A DNA stretch of 64,000 bases from an uncultured Acidobacteriota bacterium (GTDB lineage: Bacteria > Acidobacteriota > Terriglobia > UBA7540): NCBI GenBank assembly GCA_963804755.1, contig CAWDRP010000002.1, positions 118,179 to 182,178 on the forward strand, written 5' to 3'. This document shows, piece by piece, positions 46,724-56,564 of this stretch. Position 1 is the stretch's first letter; every line of letters begins with the position of its first letter. The position numbers were made by a program, and so were the translations under genes. The notes under the pieces were generated by a model. It was not told the DNA's origin. It made no database searches and was given only the letters and a program-made list of their open reading frames with translations.

Positions 46724-47101
46724 ATGAATCGACGATTGATCCGTCCAACCCTGTCTGACGTACAGGATCAACTGGGCGCACGCATGCAGCGCAAGAAACC
46801 CGCTCCACCTGACCAGACCAACGCCGAAAACTTCTATTATCTGAAGCAAATGCAGGCTCGCACGCCAATGGTGGTCGTCTTGGATCAGGGGGAAACCATC
46901 CGGGGGGTAATCGAATGGTACGATAAGAATTGCATTAAAGTGCACCGTTCGAATGAACCCAATCTCCTGGTTATGAAGTCGTGCATCCGGTTTATGTACA
47001 AAGAGGGAGATGTCCGCAACGGCGGTAACCACGAAGGTGAGATCCATAACCCGCCAGAGGATAGATCAGGCGGAGTAGTCGGCTCGAGTCACGCCCGATG
47101 A
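46724..47101 (+). CDS. Sm-fold protein, divergent Hfq-like RNA-binding protein with an extended C-terminal tail
   Basis: Helix then 5 strands: AENFYYLKQMQART / PMVVVLDQGE / TIRGVIEWYD / KNCIKVHRSN / EPNLLVMKSC / IRFMYK. This parallels Hfq ([27 protein letters not shown]...QMVYKHAISTV) with YKH replaced by MKS. AGGAG ribosome-binding site. Confidence 0.4.
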   Translation: MNRRLIRPTLSDVQDQLGARMQRKKPAPPDQTNAENFYYLKQMQARTPMVVVLDQGETIRGVIEWYDKNCIKVHRSNEPNLLVMKSCIRFMYKEGDVRNGGNHEGEIHNPPEDRSGGVVGSSHAR

Positions 47102-47394
47102 TCTGCCATGGCACAAAAACGCGGCGTAGGGCTTGAATTTCAGCTCAGGGGCAAGGAGGACGATCCGGTGAAGCGCAATCGCCACCGGGTGGGGTGTTCC
47201 TTCGCCCCCCCGTCTCGCATCGCACTTGACAGCCTGGCCGCGCCTCGCCTAGCATTAGCCTGTACATGAATGTCTCACTGCATGGATTCCATCGTGAAAA
47301 TCGCTCCTTTTACGCTATGTTAATCTGCAAAGGGTTCGACGCGTGCGGCGGCCTTTAGCAAGGTTGCTTCGCGCCGGCGCAATGTGCGGCGGCA

Positions 47395-47760
47395 GTGGTT
47401 TTCGCCATTTTCTTTCTTACAGTTGCAGCCCGGGCGCAGGAGGAAGAAAAACCCAAGATTCCAGGCCTGGACAAGATCATCAGCGCCAACGAGCACTTGC
47501 TGTTCACCGGCACTGTCAAGTCAGTGGACGAAAAGCATAACATCCTGAGCGTCAGCTCTGAGGTGGGCGTGGATACGGAGATTTTTCCTATCAAGCACGG
47601 CACCCGCGTCGAGACTGCTGACGGGTTCAGGAAAAAGCTGGATGTTCTTTCCCCTGGCACCCGCGTCATGGTCTACTACGACCAACGGGCAGACCACCGG
47701 ACGGTAACCCGCATCGAACTGTTCGCCAGCGAATCAAAGAAGAAGGAGCCGCGCTCTTAG
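47395..47760 (+). CDS. Hypothetical small secreted protein
   Basis: GTG start and an N-terminal hydrophobic segment (VVFAIFFLTVAARAQ). No family recognised. Confidence 0.3.
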   Translation: MVFAIFFLTVAARAQEEEKPKIPGLDKIISANEHLLFTGTVKSVDEKHNILSVSSEVGVDTEIFPIKHGTRVETADGFRKKLDVLSPGTRVMVYYDQRADHRTVTRIELFASESKKKEPRS

Positions 47761-47802
47761 CCGCCTCGCGACGGTTCGGCGCCTCATCCCCACAGAATCA
47801 TT

Positions 47803-48937
47803 ATGCGCATCGGAATCACCTGCTATCCCACCTATGGTGGAAGCGGCGTAGTTGCGACCGAACTCGGCATTGAACTGGCCGCACGTGGGTATGACGTTCA
47901 CTTTATCAGCTATGCCATGCCGGTGCGGATCACCGAGGCCTCGGACCACATCCACTTCCATGAAGTGGAGATGATGAACTATCCGCTGTTTGACCACCCT
48001 CCTTACACCTTGGCCCTCGCCACCGCCATGGCCAACGTGGCCGTAAATGAATCGCTCGATCTGCTGCACGTGCACTATGCGATTCCGCATTCGGTGAGCG
48101 CCTATCTGGCGCGCGCCATGCTGAAGCCGCGCCGCCTGCCCTTTGTCACCACCCTGCACGGTACGGACATCACCCTGGTCGGTTTGGATCGTTCGTATCT
48201 CCCCATTACCCGTTTTTCCATCGAGGAAAGCGATGCCGTAACGGCCATCTCCGAATATCTCCGCGACGTCACGCTGCGCGAGTTTGACATTGGGCGGCCC
48301 GTTGAAGTCATTCCCAATTTCGTTAACTGCGATATTTTCAGTCCTGCTGACGGCAAATGCCGGCGCGAGGAATTTGCGCCGGCGGGGGAAAAGGTGTCTG
48401 GTGCATTTGTCAAACTTCCGGCCTGTCAAGCGCGTCTCTGACGTCGTGGAAATCTTCGCCCTCGTTCGCCGGGAAATGCCCGCCAAGCTTCTGATGATCG
48501 GTGATGGGCCGGACCGGACGGTGGCTGAATGGATGGTCCGGGAAAAGAAGCTCAGTCCGGATGTGATTTTCCTCGGCAAGCAAAACCAGGTGCAGGACTT
48601 GCTCAATTGCGCGGACGTATTGCTGCTGCCCAGCGAGATCGAGTCGTTCGGCCTGGCGGCGCTGGAAGGCATGGCGTCAGGCGTGCCTGCCATTTGCTCC
48701 CGCGTGGGGGGTGTGCCGGAGGTAATCCGCGATGGGATCGAGGGATTTCTGGTGAATGTCCGCGACGTTCAAACCATGGCGGCACGGGCCATCGAAATCC
48801 TTGCCGATCCCGAACGGCAGAAAGAAATGTCCCGGGCCGCTCGCCAGCGCGCCCTGCGCCAGTTCTGCAGCAAGAACATCATTCCTCTCTACGAAGATCT
48901 TTATCGGCGCGTACTCCAGGACGACAAAAAGCAGTAG
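47803..48937 (+). CDS. GT4 glycosyltransferase, BshA-like (N-acetyl-alpha-D-glucosaminyl L-malate synthase type), with an apparent 1-nt frameshift near 48385
   Basis: [36 protein letters not shown] is a near-canonical BshA N-terminus. Frame 1 (47803-48441) carries ...[31 protein letters not shown]. Frame 2 (48284-48937) continues with [23 protein letters not shown]...LLMIGDGPD. The junction follows a GGGGGAAAAGG homopolymer stretch. Confidence 0.7.
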
Positions 48938-48948
48938 GCAGTAGCTTT

Positions 48949-49677
48949 CTACTTGGGCGTCACTTCTCCTTCGTAGTGCTCTCTCCAGGCTCGGTTGTAC
49001 CGATCCACGTAGTCAGCATCGATGTTGAACTTGATGAGGACGCCGGAGTCTTTGGAAATCCAAGCCGTTCCCTTGCAATCCTTGATGGTGGACAATACCA
49101 TACGCGCTGCTTTCAGGCCCACTTTCTGCGACGGAGTAGCCGCGGAGGTATCAAAGGTATACTCATCCGCCGGGGCGAGTCCCACCAGATCGGCGACGGG
49201 CGGCGTCGCTACGCCGGATGCCACCGCGATCACGAGGTTCGGATTGGTCAGGGTTCCTAGCGTCGTCACGTTCGCCATGGCCCAGTTCGTCTCGTCTCCC
49301 CATTTAGCCTTGATTTCCCTCTTGGTTGAGCCGCGCGTCTCGACCAGATCGAGTTCCTCGGGAGAGATGTCCGCCTCCAAAGCCACGGGGGCCACCAGCG
49401 GTTGCTGGGTCTGGTCCGCTGCGAATCGGTCGTCGATGTTTTCCTGACCTTTAAAGCTAAAGTGGAATGATGTAGTGGGCTTGTTCATTGCATCAATCAG
49501 CTTGGTGGCGCCGTTGTTCAGCCGCCGAACGTCGGTCATATTCGGCCCGGAGGCCTCGAACGACGACGAAGGATTCGTGGTGGGTCCGGCTTTCTTGCTG
49601 CACCCTAACAAAGCACCCGCCACCATCAAGCCCGCAAGTGTCGCCCACACCCTCCTATATGATTTTACTCGGTTCAT
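48949..49677 (-). CDS. Hypothetical lipoprotein
   Basis: Signal plus lipobox (ALLGCSKK). Confidence 0.5.
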   Translation of the reverse strand: MNRVKSYRRVWATLAGLMVAGALLGCSKKAGPTTNPSSSFEASGPNMTDVRRLNNGATKLIDAMNKPTTSFHFSFKGQENIDDRFAADQTQQPLVAPVALEADISPEELDLVETRGSTKREIKAKWGDETNWAMANVTTLGTLTNPNLVIAVASGVATPPVADLVGLAPADEYTFDTSAATPSQKVGLKAARMVLSTIKDCKGTAWISKDSGVLIKFNIDADYVDRYNRAWREHYEGEVTPK

Positions 49678-50027
49678 TTTGCTTCAGCTCCCATCCCTCT
49701 AAGTACGCCCATAGCGCGGAAAAACTCGTGGGGCATTCTATGCGGAACGAGAGAAGCGCGCAACTGGTGTGGCGCCGTGCTGGTGTGGCGCCGTGCGGCG
49801 CCGTCGGGTATGCGATACTAAATTCAAGGCGTCGTGAGAGACCAACCCAGAAATTGAGAAGGTTCGTGGTGTGAAATTGTAAGGCGGGCGCCAGAAGCCG
49901 TGAATGAATGAACCGTTTGACGCAAAGGCGCCAGGACACAAAGGAGACGCTCGTTTTTCTCAGCGTTCCTTTGCGTCCTGGCGTCGTTGCGTGACTTGTT
50001 TCCTTGGCCGACGAGCAAGGAGCTAGC

Positions 50028-51692
50028 TTACTTCGTGGACATCTCAACCTTTGACCGTTCCGCGTAGAGGGTCAAGCTGGGCGTGATGGGCGTAATCTGG
50101 AACGGCAGCTTCTCACTGGCGTCGGCGACCGCTACGCCCTTCCGGGTGGTAAAGGCGAGCGATCCGTCCCAGGCATTCACCTGCACCCGTGACCCCAGCG
50201 GCAGCGCGGCAATCTGAGTCACGTCCTTGGGCGCCAGGGTGGGAGAGGTATCGATGAGCGCCGCCATGCGGAGCAGCTTCTGGCTGCCCTCGGTTAACCC
50301 ATTGCCCAGGTGAGCTCCGAACAGGTGCGGCACATTGGGAGAGGCAGCGGCGGCCGCGCGCAGAAACAGGCCGGCGTGCGCAAGGTTGTCTTTGTAAGGG
50401 GAATTCTTCAGAAACTCAATTCCCTTGGCATCTGCGGCCGCTTCATCTTCGGCGCTGCGGGCCAAATCCAGGCTGGCAAGCAACTCCTCGTCGGTCACTA
50501 ACATGCGGTCATTGAAGGCGTACTTGGTATCCAGTTTCTGTCCCAGCGAAATGTGCGCCAGTTCGTGGGCAAGGATCATGGCCAGGCTCGCCTCATCGGG
50601 TAGAACGTCGATCAGTCCCCGGCTCACGACAATCGTGAATGCCAAACTGAACGATTCCAGGGATGAAGTCTCCATCACCCGGCACTGAAGGGGAGGCAGG
50701 CTGTCAAGATGGTTGGTCACCCGCAGGTTGCTGACCACGGTTTCCAGCACCTTATCCACAGATCCCGGTGGTGCGATAAGGCGCGCTTTCTCCAGCCGGT
50801 CCAGCACGTTGCGCTCTGCTTCCATACTCAAGAACCGCTTGCTCTCAACGGGGCTCAGATCCGCCCCATGGTCGCTGCTGTCCCGGACCGGCGCGGGGGC
50901 CTCAACCTGAATATTCGTCCACTCCTGCTGCTGGCGGCGCGCCGAGAGGTCGTATCCCCACAGCCGCGTCTCTGACTTGAAGCGCAGCCGATCGCCCAGA
51001 TCTGATTCCTCGCTGTAAATGTAGACAGGCAGCCACAACCCCGGTTGAAGATTCTCCCGCCAGCAATCAAAGTGAACGTAAAAATTGAGGCGGGGCGGAT
51101 GGAGCCGTGTGCCGTTCAGCCGAACGATGGCATAGCTATGGTCCTCAACCCAAATGCGCCCTTTGAAAACTCCCGTACCTCCTGGTTTCCGGGGATGGAC
51201 GTCAAAAGCCAGGCAGCGCACGTCGCCCAAGTATTCCCAGCGGACCGGCTCGAATATGTAATGTTGCCGATCAAAACTTCCTGAGTCGACCGTCAACGAT
51301 TCCAGCGCAAAGTAATCCGGACGAAGATGCCGGCGCAGCGTGTGGTTCTCCCAACCGGCGTTGGGATCATCAATAAACGAAGTCTCCTTCGCTCCTTTAT
51401 CAGGATTGAACCGACCGAGAAAAAGGGCGTCGTTCTTGGCGATATCTCCCAACTGGGCGTCCTGCTGATAGTACTGAATGTACGTCTCGATCCGAGGCGA
51501 GAAGTCCATTATCTTGTGGCTGTACTGGTTCTCGGTGGCGATGACGTGATTGATAATGCTGGTCAGTTCTGGGGACTCCGGCTGCACGCCCGGTTTTTGA
51601 CTGCCCGTTTTACCCATCCCGGTCACAGGGAGCACCATCACAAACACCAAAGCAGCACTCCACATGGCTCGTCTGACTTGAAATATTGGCAT
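50028..51692 (-). CDS. M48-family zinc metallopeptidase, secreted
   Basis: HELAHI (HExxH) in ILAHELAHISLGQ. Signal peptide. Lies 14 nt downstream of tonB. Confidence 0.75.
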   Translation of the reverse strand: MPIFQVRRAMWSAALVFVMVLPVTGMGKTGSQKPGVQPESPELTSIINHVIATENQYSHKIMDFSPRIETYIQYYQQDAQLGDIAKNDALFLGRFNPDKGAKETSFIDDPNAGWENHTLRRHLRPDYFALESLTVDSGSFDRQHYIFEPVRWEYLGDVRCLAFDVHPRKPGGTGVFKGRIWVEDHSYAIVRLNGTRLHPPRLNFYVHFDCWRENLQPGLWLPVYIYSEESDLGDRLRFKSETRLWGYDLSARRQQQEWTNIQVEAPAPVRDSSDHGADLSPVESKRFLSMEAERNVLDRLEKARLIAPPGSVDKVLETVVSNLRVTNHLDSLPPLQCRVMETSSLESFSLAFTIVVSRGLIDVLPDEASLAMILAHELAHISLGQKLDTKYAFNDRMLVTDEELLASLDLARSAEDEAAADAKGIEFLKNSPYKDNLAHAGLFLRAAAAASPNVPHLFGAHLGNGLTEGSQKLLRMAALIDTSPTLAPKDVTQIAALPLGSRVQVNAWDGSLAFTTRKGVAVADASEKLPFQITPITPSLTLYAERSKVEMSTK

Positions 51693-51706
51693 CTTATTCT
51701 CTCCGA

Positions 51707-52774
51707 TTACGTCGCCTGGTCCGCCAGCCGGAACTCAATGCGTAACGTCGCTGGAAAATCCACCGGCTTGCCATCTTGATGGGCCGGCTTGAAACGAATC
51801 TGCGAGGCAGCTTGTTCCGCCGCCTGGTCGAGCCCATGTCCTAACGACTTGAGAACTTCTAGAACGCGGATTCCACCTCCGGCCTGGAAGACCACAGAAA
51901 GGGTGACTTCACCTTGAATCCCCAATCGGCGTGCCTCGTCGGTGTAAGTGGGGGAAGGCTTGGAAATTACCTCGACGGGCTGGAAATCCACGGGCGCGTG
52001 CGCGGGCAGACTTTTCAGTGGAAATTGCGCAATTTGGGCCACTTTCTGGAACCCACCCACCGCCACTCCGGAACCACTTTGAGCCTGGCCATATCCCCGG
52101 TTGGCGACCCCGTTAGCAAAACCGGCGCTGGCCACCACTCCGCGAACACCGTGAGCTCCGCCTGTTCCATTTCCGTAACCGGGGCCGTCTGGAAGCCCGA
52201 AGGCCCCCAACTTCGGAACATTGCCTGCGCTGTCGCCTTTTGCCTGCCCGCGGAATCCCTGCGGACTTCCAAACCCTCCCGTCTGCACTTGGTCCGCCGG
52301 ACGTTTGGTGGTCACTTGGTTCGATGCGCTATCGAACCCGCCCGTTAGCACAACGGTCTCCATCTTTTGAACTTTAGGGGACGGATCAACCTGGGCAAAC
52401 ACCGGGGTCGGCGAGGGCGGGGGTGGAGCGGCGAGAACCAGCAAGGGAGCCTTGGGTTCAGCCTTCGGAATGTTAGGATTAGGCGCTACGTAGACAGGCG
52501 CATCCGGGGTCGGGGGAGGATCCAGTTTCGGCAGAAGTACGCGCGCCACCCTGGGTACAGGCCGCACCACCGGCGCCGGTCGAGTCAAGGTAGGCATCAG
52601 AAGCATGACGTAATGCCGGGCGCTGACTCGCAACTCCTGCGGGAACAACATCCCAAGCAGAACAGCCACGGTGATCGTGGCCACTTGAACCACCAACCCG
52701 CTCATCATTGAGATAGTTAGCCGTGTTCGACCTTCCGATAAGTTGTCCAAGGTGCTGAACATTGCCGGCGACAT
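51707..52774 (-). CDS. tonB: TonB-family energy transducer (N-terminal TM anchor, Pro-rich spacer, C-terminal TonB domain)
   Basis: Pro-rich PPPTPDAPVYVAPNPNIPKAEPKAPLLVLAAPPPPSP. C-terminal GEVTLSVVFQAGGGIRVLEVLKSLGHGLDQAAEQAASQIRFKPAHQDGKPVDFPATLRIEFRL. Confidence 0.75.
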   Translation of the reverse strand: MSPAMFSTLDNLSEGRTRLTISMMSGLVVQVATITVAVLLGMLFPQELRVSARHYVMLLMPTLTRPAPVVRPVPRVARVLLPKLDPPPTPDAPVYVAPNPNIPKAEPKAPLLVLAAPPPPSPTPVFAQVDPSPKVQKMETVVLTGGFDSASNQVTTKRPADQVQTGGFGSPQGFRGQAKGDSAGNVPKLGAFGLPDGPGYGNGTGGAHGVRGVVASAGFANGVANRGYGQAQSGSGVAVGGFQKVAQIAQFPLKSLPAHAPVDFQPVEVISKPSPTYTDEARRLGIQGEVTLSVVFQAGGGIRVLEVLKSLGHGLDQAAEQAASQIRFKPAHQDGKPVDFPATLRIEFRLADQAT

Positions 52775-53352
52775 AGATTCCCCCTCAGGGCAAAGGCTCT
52801 TACCGAGCTGATTCTGAGAACCCGGGCTCAGTATCGACCGATGGGGACAAAAGTACAACCATTTCGGACGGACACCTATAGTACCAGGGTACTACCTTCG
52901 ATGTTAATGGTTTTCCAAGGACATACAAAATACTGTGTCCCCAGAACAAATTCATACTACATATAGACGCCATTGGGCCCGTTGAGACCGATGCCAACGC
53001 CCGTCCCCGTCTAGGGGATGGATACCCTCAAACTGAGTTCAAGGGTTAGGGAGTGGCGGCCCAACGAAACCAGAGCCGGTGCTCTGGCTTGCACTTGCCT
53101 ATTTCTATCCTACCAGAGTTTTGGTCGATTTAACAACCGCATACAAAGATACTGGGTGTGCGACAGTAAAATCGATCTGAAATACAAGGGAGGGACACCA
53201 AAAACATAGGGCAAATAAACCCAGCCGATGCCCCAAAGCGCAGAATTCCGCCAATCAAACGAGGGTCAACTTCTTTGAATATCATTGTGCCTTGGCGTTC
53301 TTGCGCGAAATTGTGGACTTTTCCAGGGCTTCGAACCCCCGCGCCACCTACG

Positions 53353-54255
53353 CTAACCATTTCGATAGCGCAAAAGCACCTCCCGCGCCGTCGTCCAATG
53401 CATACCGGGATAACAGCCGTTGTCCAGCGGGTTCAGCTTGGCCCGGCCGCAAAACATGTTGCGCATATATTGCATCCCCTGCCAGGCGGGGTAGAGTCGC
53501 GTCCCCCCCGGGGCGACGGCGCGCGCAACCTTGATTAGCGCGCCGAGCATCCCCAGGCTGCCGGCGCGGAACAGGCGAAACTCCTTCCCGATTACCTCAC
53601 TGACCCCCGCAGCCAGTTCCCGGGCGCTGAGTTGGTCGCCGGCGATGCGAAGAAAGCGCGGGGTGGAACGATCGAGGGCCGCGCTCGCCGTGAAGGCGGC
53701 CGTGTCATCAACTGTCGTAAAGTCCATGCGTTGGTCCGCGTCTCCCCAATACAGGACTCGTTTTCGTTTGAAAAGAATCAGCGGCATCTGGCCGGTCAGC
53801 ATTTCGGCAAACGCACCGTTGAAAATCGTGGTCGCCGAGATGGGACGGTTATCCAAGCGCTGATGGAATTCCCGGCGCAAATCGAGATTGCGATTCTCTC
53901 CGGGTGGAAGCTTGGTGAAATCGATCGAGAAGTCGGAGGGGATAAATCGGGGGACGCCCGCCTTGACCGCCGCCTCGAGCAGCACCGTCTGCGTATCCAC
54001 AATGACGTCGCGCAAACCCGCCAGTGCAGAAACCACACACGCTGCACCCGAGCATGCCGGCGCGAGTTGCGATACGCTGCTCATGTCAACGGTAGCAACG
54101 GTTACGCCAAGGTCCTGCAGCCGCTGACGCTTGTCGCGCGCCGTCCCGTCCCGAACCAGTGCTGTTACGCTGGCTCCCCGCTCGAGCAAAGCTCGCACGA
54201 TGCGGCCGCCAAGATTGCCGGTACTTCCTGCCACGACGATCGTCGAGTGATTCAT
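53353..54255 (-). CDS. NmrA-like / atypical SDR NAD(P)H-binding protein
   Basis: IVVAGSTGNLGGRIVRALLERGASVTALVR Rossmann motif. Confidence 0.75.
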   Translation of the reverse strand: MNHSTIVVAGSTGNLGGRIVRALLERGASVTALVRDGTARDKRQRLQDLGVTVATVDMSSVSQLAPACSGAACVVSALAGLRDVIVDTQTVLLEAAVKAGVPRFIPSDFSIDFTKLPPGENRNLDLRREFHQRLDNRPISATTIFNGAFAEMLTGQMPLILFKRKRVLYWGDADQRMDFTTVDDTAAFTASAALDRSTPRFLRIAGDQLSARELAAGVSEVIGKEFRLFRAGSLGMLGALIKVARAVAPGGTRLYPAWQGMQYMRNMFCGRAKLNPLDNGCYPGMHWTTAREVLLRYRNG

Positions 54256-54773
54256 GTCGCCAAGATTACAAGATTCGCGAGCCGTTGCAAAGGGGGTGTA
54301 CGTGAGGGAAAACCCCAACCCTGTACCGAAGCGACTACGTTACAGGCTGGCAACCGCCCGCGCCACAATTCTAGTCGTCGATCGGTCGGGATGAGAGTGG
54401 CAGCTTCTGGTTTGCCTTCGTCAATCGCTTCAATGTCCGCACGCATTTAAAAACGTAGAAATCTGAACAGATGCCGGGAGGAGAGTGGATCAGCACCATC
54501 GCCGTAGGCGCGTTTGGGTTTGAGTGTCAGCGCCTCTCAATATCATAGCGTGCGCCGAATTTCTTAATGCCGAAAAGCGAAAAACCCCAAAAGTCTCTGG
54601 AAAGCGAGACTCTGTGCCTGGTGGTAATGAATTGCAGTTTACCCGGCGTGCCGGTGCGTTTGTAGAGTGTGCCGCTTCCGGAGAGTATACTGTTGAGCAT
54701 TCCGGGTCGGATGGCAGTCCTGGTTGAATGCCAAGCGAATGAGCGACAAGGTGGACGCCGAAGCGAAGGGAAT

Positions 54774-55628
54774 ATGACGCTGACGATAAAACAGAAAGCG
54801 CAGGTGGCGGGCTTACTCGTTGCGCTCATGGTGTCCCCATGTTCATTCGGCGATATGAAGGGCAAGCTGGAAATGCACTATTCGTATACGATTGCCCCGC
54901 CCGGCGTTCAAAAGGAGTCAACACTGGTCGAGGTCTTTTACGTTCAGGGGAGCGCGCGGCGAAAAGACCAAGGGGGTAAGGTTGGCACGCGTTCTGCTGT
55001 CATCCGCGATTGCGACAGTGGCAAAGGGTACTCGGTTGATCTCGTTCGCAAGGAGTACTGGGAGCTGAGGCCCCTCCGCGAGTCCAACTACGACTATCTA
55101 CGAGATCTTTATCACGGAACCTCTCCCAGTCTGTCAGCCAAGATGCCGAGGGTTATCGTCAGAAGCCTGACGGTCGAGAGTGGGGAACCGCGCGTGCTCT
55201 TCGGCCGCGCTGCCCACCACTTCGTAACCACTGCGAAGGAGTTCCTGGGCGATTCGGAGCAGGTACTCCACGCGGAGGAGACCATTGAGGGATGGTATTG
55301 GCCCGGGGTTCGGCCCTTTAGCGAGGCCTGCATGCCGGCGGATCTGGCCGCTCAGCCTTTCGCCTGGATTGGGGAACCGGATCCCATTACTGATGCTGTG
55401 CCGGTTTTTCGACACACTGGACCCTCCCCCATCGGTTTCCCCGTTGAGGAAACGCGGACCCTTCGGACCAAGCCCGCCCGGGGGGGTAGCGAATGGACGA
55501 CCCTCACTGTTGTAGGTAGACTTATTGAGTTCTCAAATAGCCCGCTCGATCCTTCGCTCTTTCAGATTCCGAGCGGGTTCGCAAGAGTGCCACGCCCGCA
55601 GTTCTATAAGCTGAACGAGCGTAAATAG
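54774..55628 (+). CDS. Hypothetical secreted protein (285 aa)
   Basis: Signal peptide MTLTIKQKAQVAGLLVALMVSPCSFG. No recognisable domain. Confidence 0.4.
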   Translation: MTLTIKQKAQVAGLLVALMVSPCSFGDMKGKLEMHYSYTIAPPGVQKESTLVEVFYVQGSARRKDQGGKVGTRSAVIRDCDSGKGYSVDLVRKEYWELRPLRESNYDYLRDLYHGTSPSLSAKMPRVIVRSLTVESGEPRVLFGRAAHHFVTTAKEFLGDSEQVLHAEETIEGWYWPGVRPFSEACMPADLAAQPFAWIGEPDPITDAVPVFRHTGPSPIGFPVEETRTLRTKPARGGSEWTTLTVVGRLIEFSNSPLDPSLFQIPSGFARVPRPQFYKLNERK

Positions 55629-55899
55629 CGGGTAGCGTGTAGGGCATCGCCGCAGGCGCGTTCGGGAACGGCAGGATTTGGTAGGATGAATTCCCGGAGG
55701 CGTACAACGTTGTGCTGCAGGCTGTCGAAGTGGTGGAAACCGCCACAATATCTTTAAAGGAGACGGTGCTTAAGCCCTCCAGCGCCACGTTTCGCACCAG
55801 CTCTTCATGCCCGTCGGAGAAGACTTTGTAAGCAACGAGGGCCATCTGGGCGGGCCCCCCACCGGCCTGTCCCGGCATAAAGCCTTCTTAACAATGGGA

Positions 55900-56547
55900 T
55901 CAGCTTGTGATGGATGACGCGATAGGCTGGAGGACTTTCGCCGTGGTGACGGTGCGAACGCCGGCCGCCTGCAATTCCTCCAGCGTCTTGCGCCCACCCT
56001 CTTCGGTGATGGGTTGGATGGCGTCGACCACGAGTTCCACATCGAAACTTCGTTGACGCAACGCCAGCGCCAGGGCGCGCACGCAGTACTCCGTCGCCAC
56101 GCCAAACACCACCGCCCGGCGTCGGCCCAGCGCCTGCAGGATAGCGTCAAAGTTGGGGTTGCCCTCCATAGAATAGATGGGCTTTTCCACGATGAACTGA
56201 CCCACCCAGCGCGCGGGAGGTTGGAAGGCGCCGCGCTGGGCAGGAATAACCTCCGGGGCGGGAAAATGCGTTTCCGGAATGCGCTTCTGCCCGGGAGTGC
56301 CCACGACGCAATGGGGCGGCCAGGTTTTGAACTCGGGATCGTCAGGCTGGTGTGCGTCGGCCGTGGAGATCACCGGGACATCGTTCTCGCGCGCCCACCG
56401 CATTAAGCGTTGGAGATTGGCCACGATCTGTTCCGCGCCCGGAACGTAAAGCCGCCCGTCCGGCCGCATGAAATCCACCTGCGTATCGACATCGAAAAAA
56501 ACCAGCGGCGCACTGGGGACGGATCTGTGTCCGGCATCGGTATTCAT
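55900..56547 (-). CDS. pncA: Isochorismatase-family nicotinamidase
   Basis: FFDVDTQVDF (Asp), VATEYCVRALAL (Cys nucleophile region). Lies 17 nt downstream of pncB. Confidence 0.75.
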   Translation of the reverse strand: MNTDAGHRSVPSAPLVFFDVDTQVDFMRPDGRLYVPGAEQIVANLQRLMRWARENDVPVISTADAHQPDDPEFKTWPPHCVVGTPGQKRIPETHFPAPEVIPAQRGAFQPPARWVGQFIVEKPIYSMEGNPNFDAILQALGRRRAVVFGVATEYCVRALALALRQRSFDVELVVDAIQPITEEGGRKTLEELQAAGVRTVTTAKVLQPIASSITS

Positions 56548-56564
56548 CGTGGAACCACCACCAT

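Noticed and set aside
53300-53350. tRNA-like T-loop sequence GGGCTTCGAACCCCCGCGCCACC in a gene-poor, AT-richer stretch
   Set aside because: No acceptor/D/anticodon arms can be drawn on either strand, and no CCA-compatible 3' end. Most likely a chance match or a decayed fragment.
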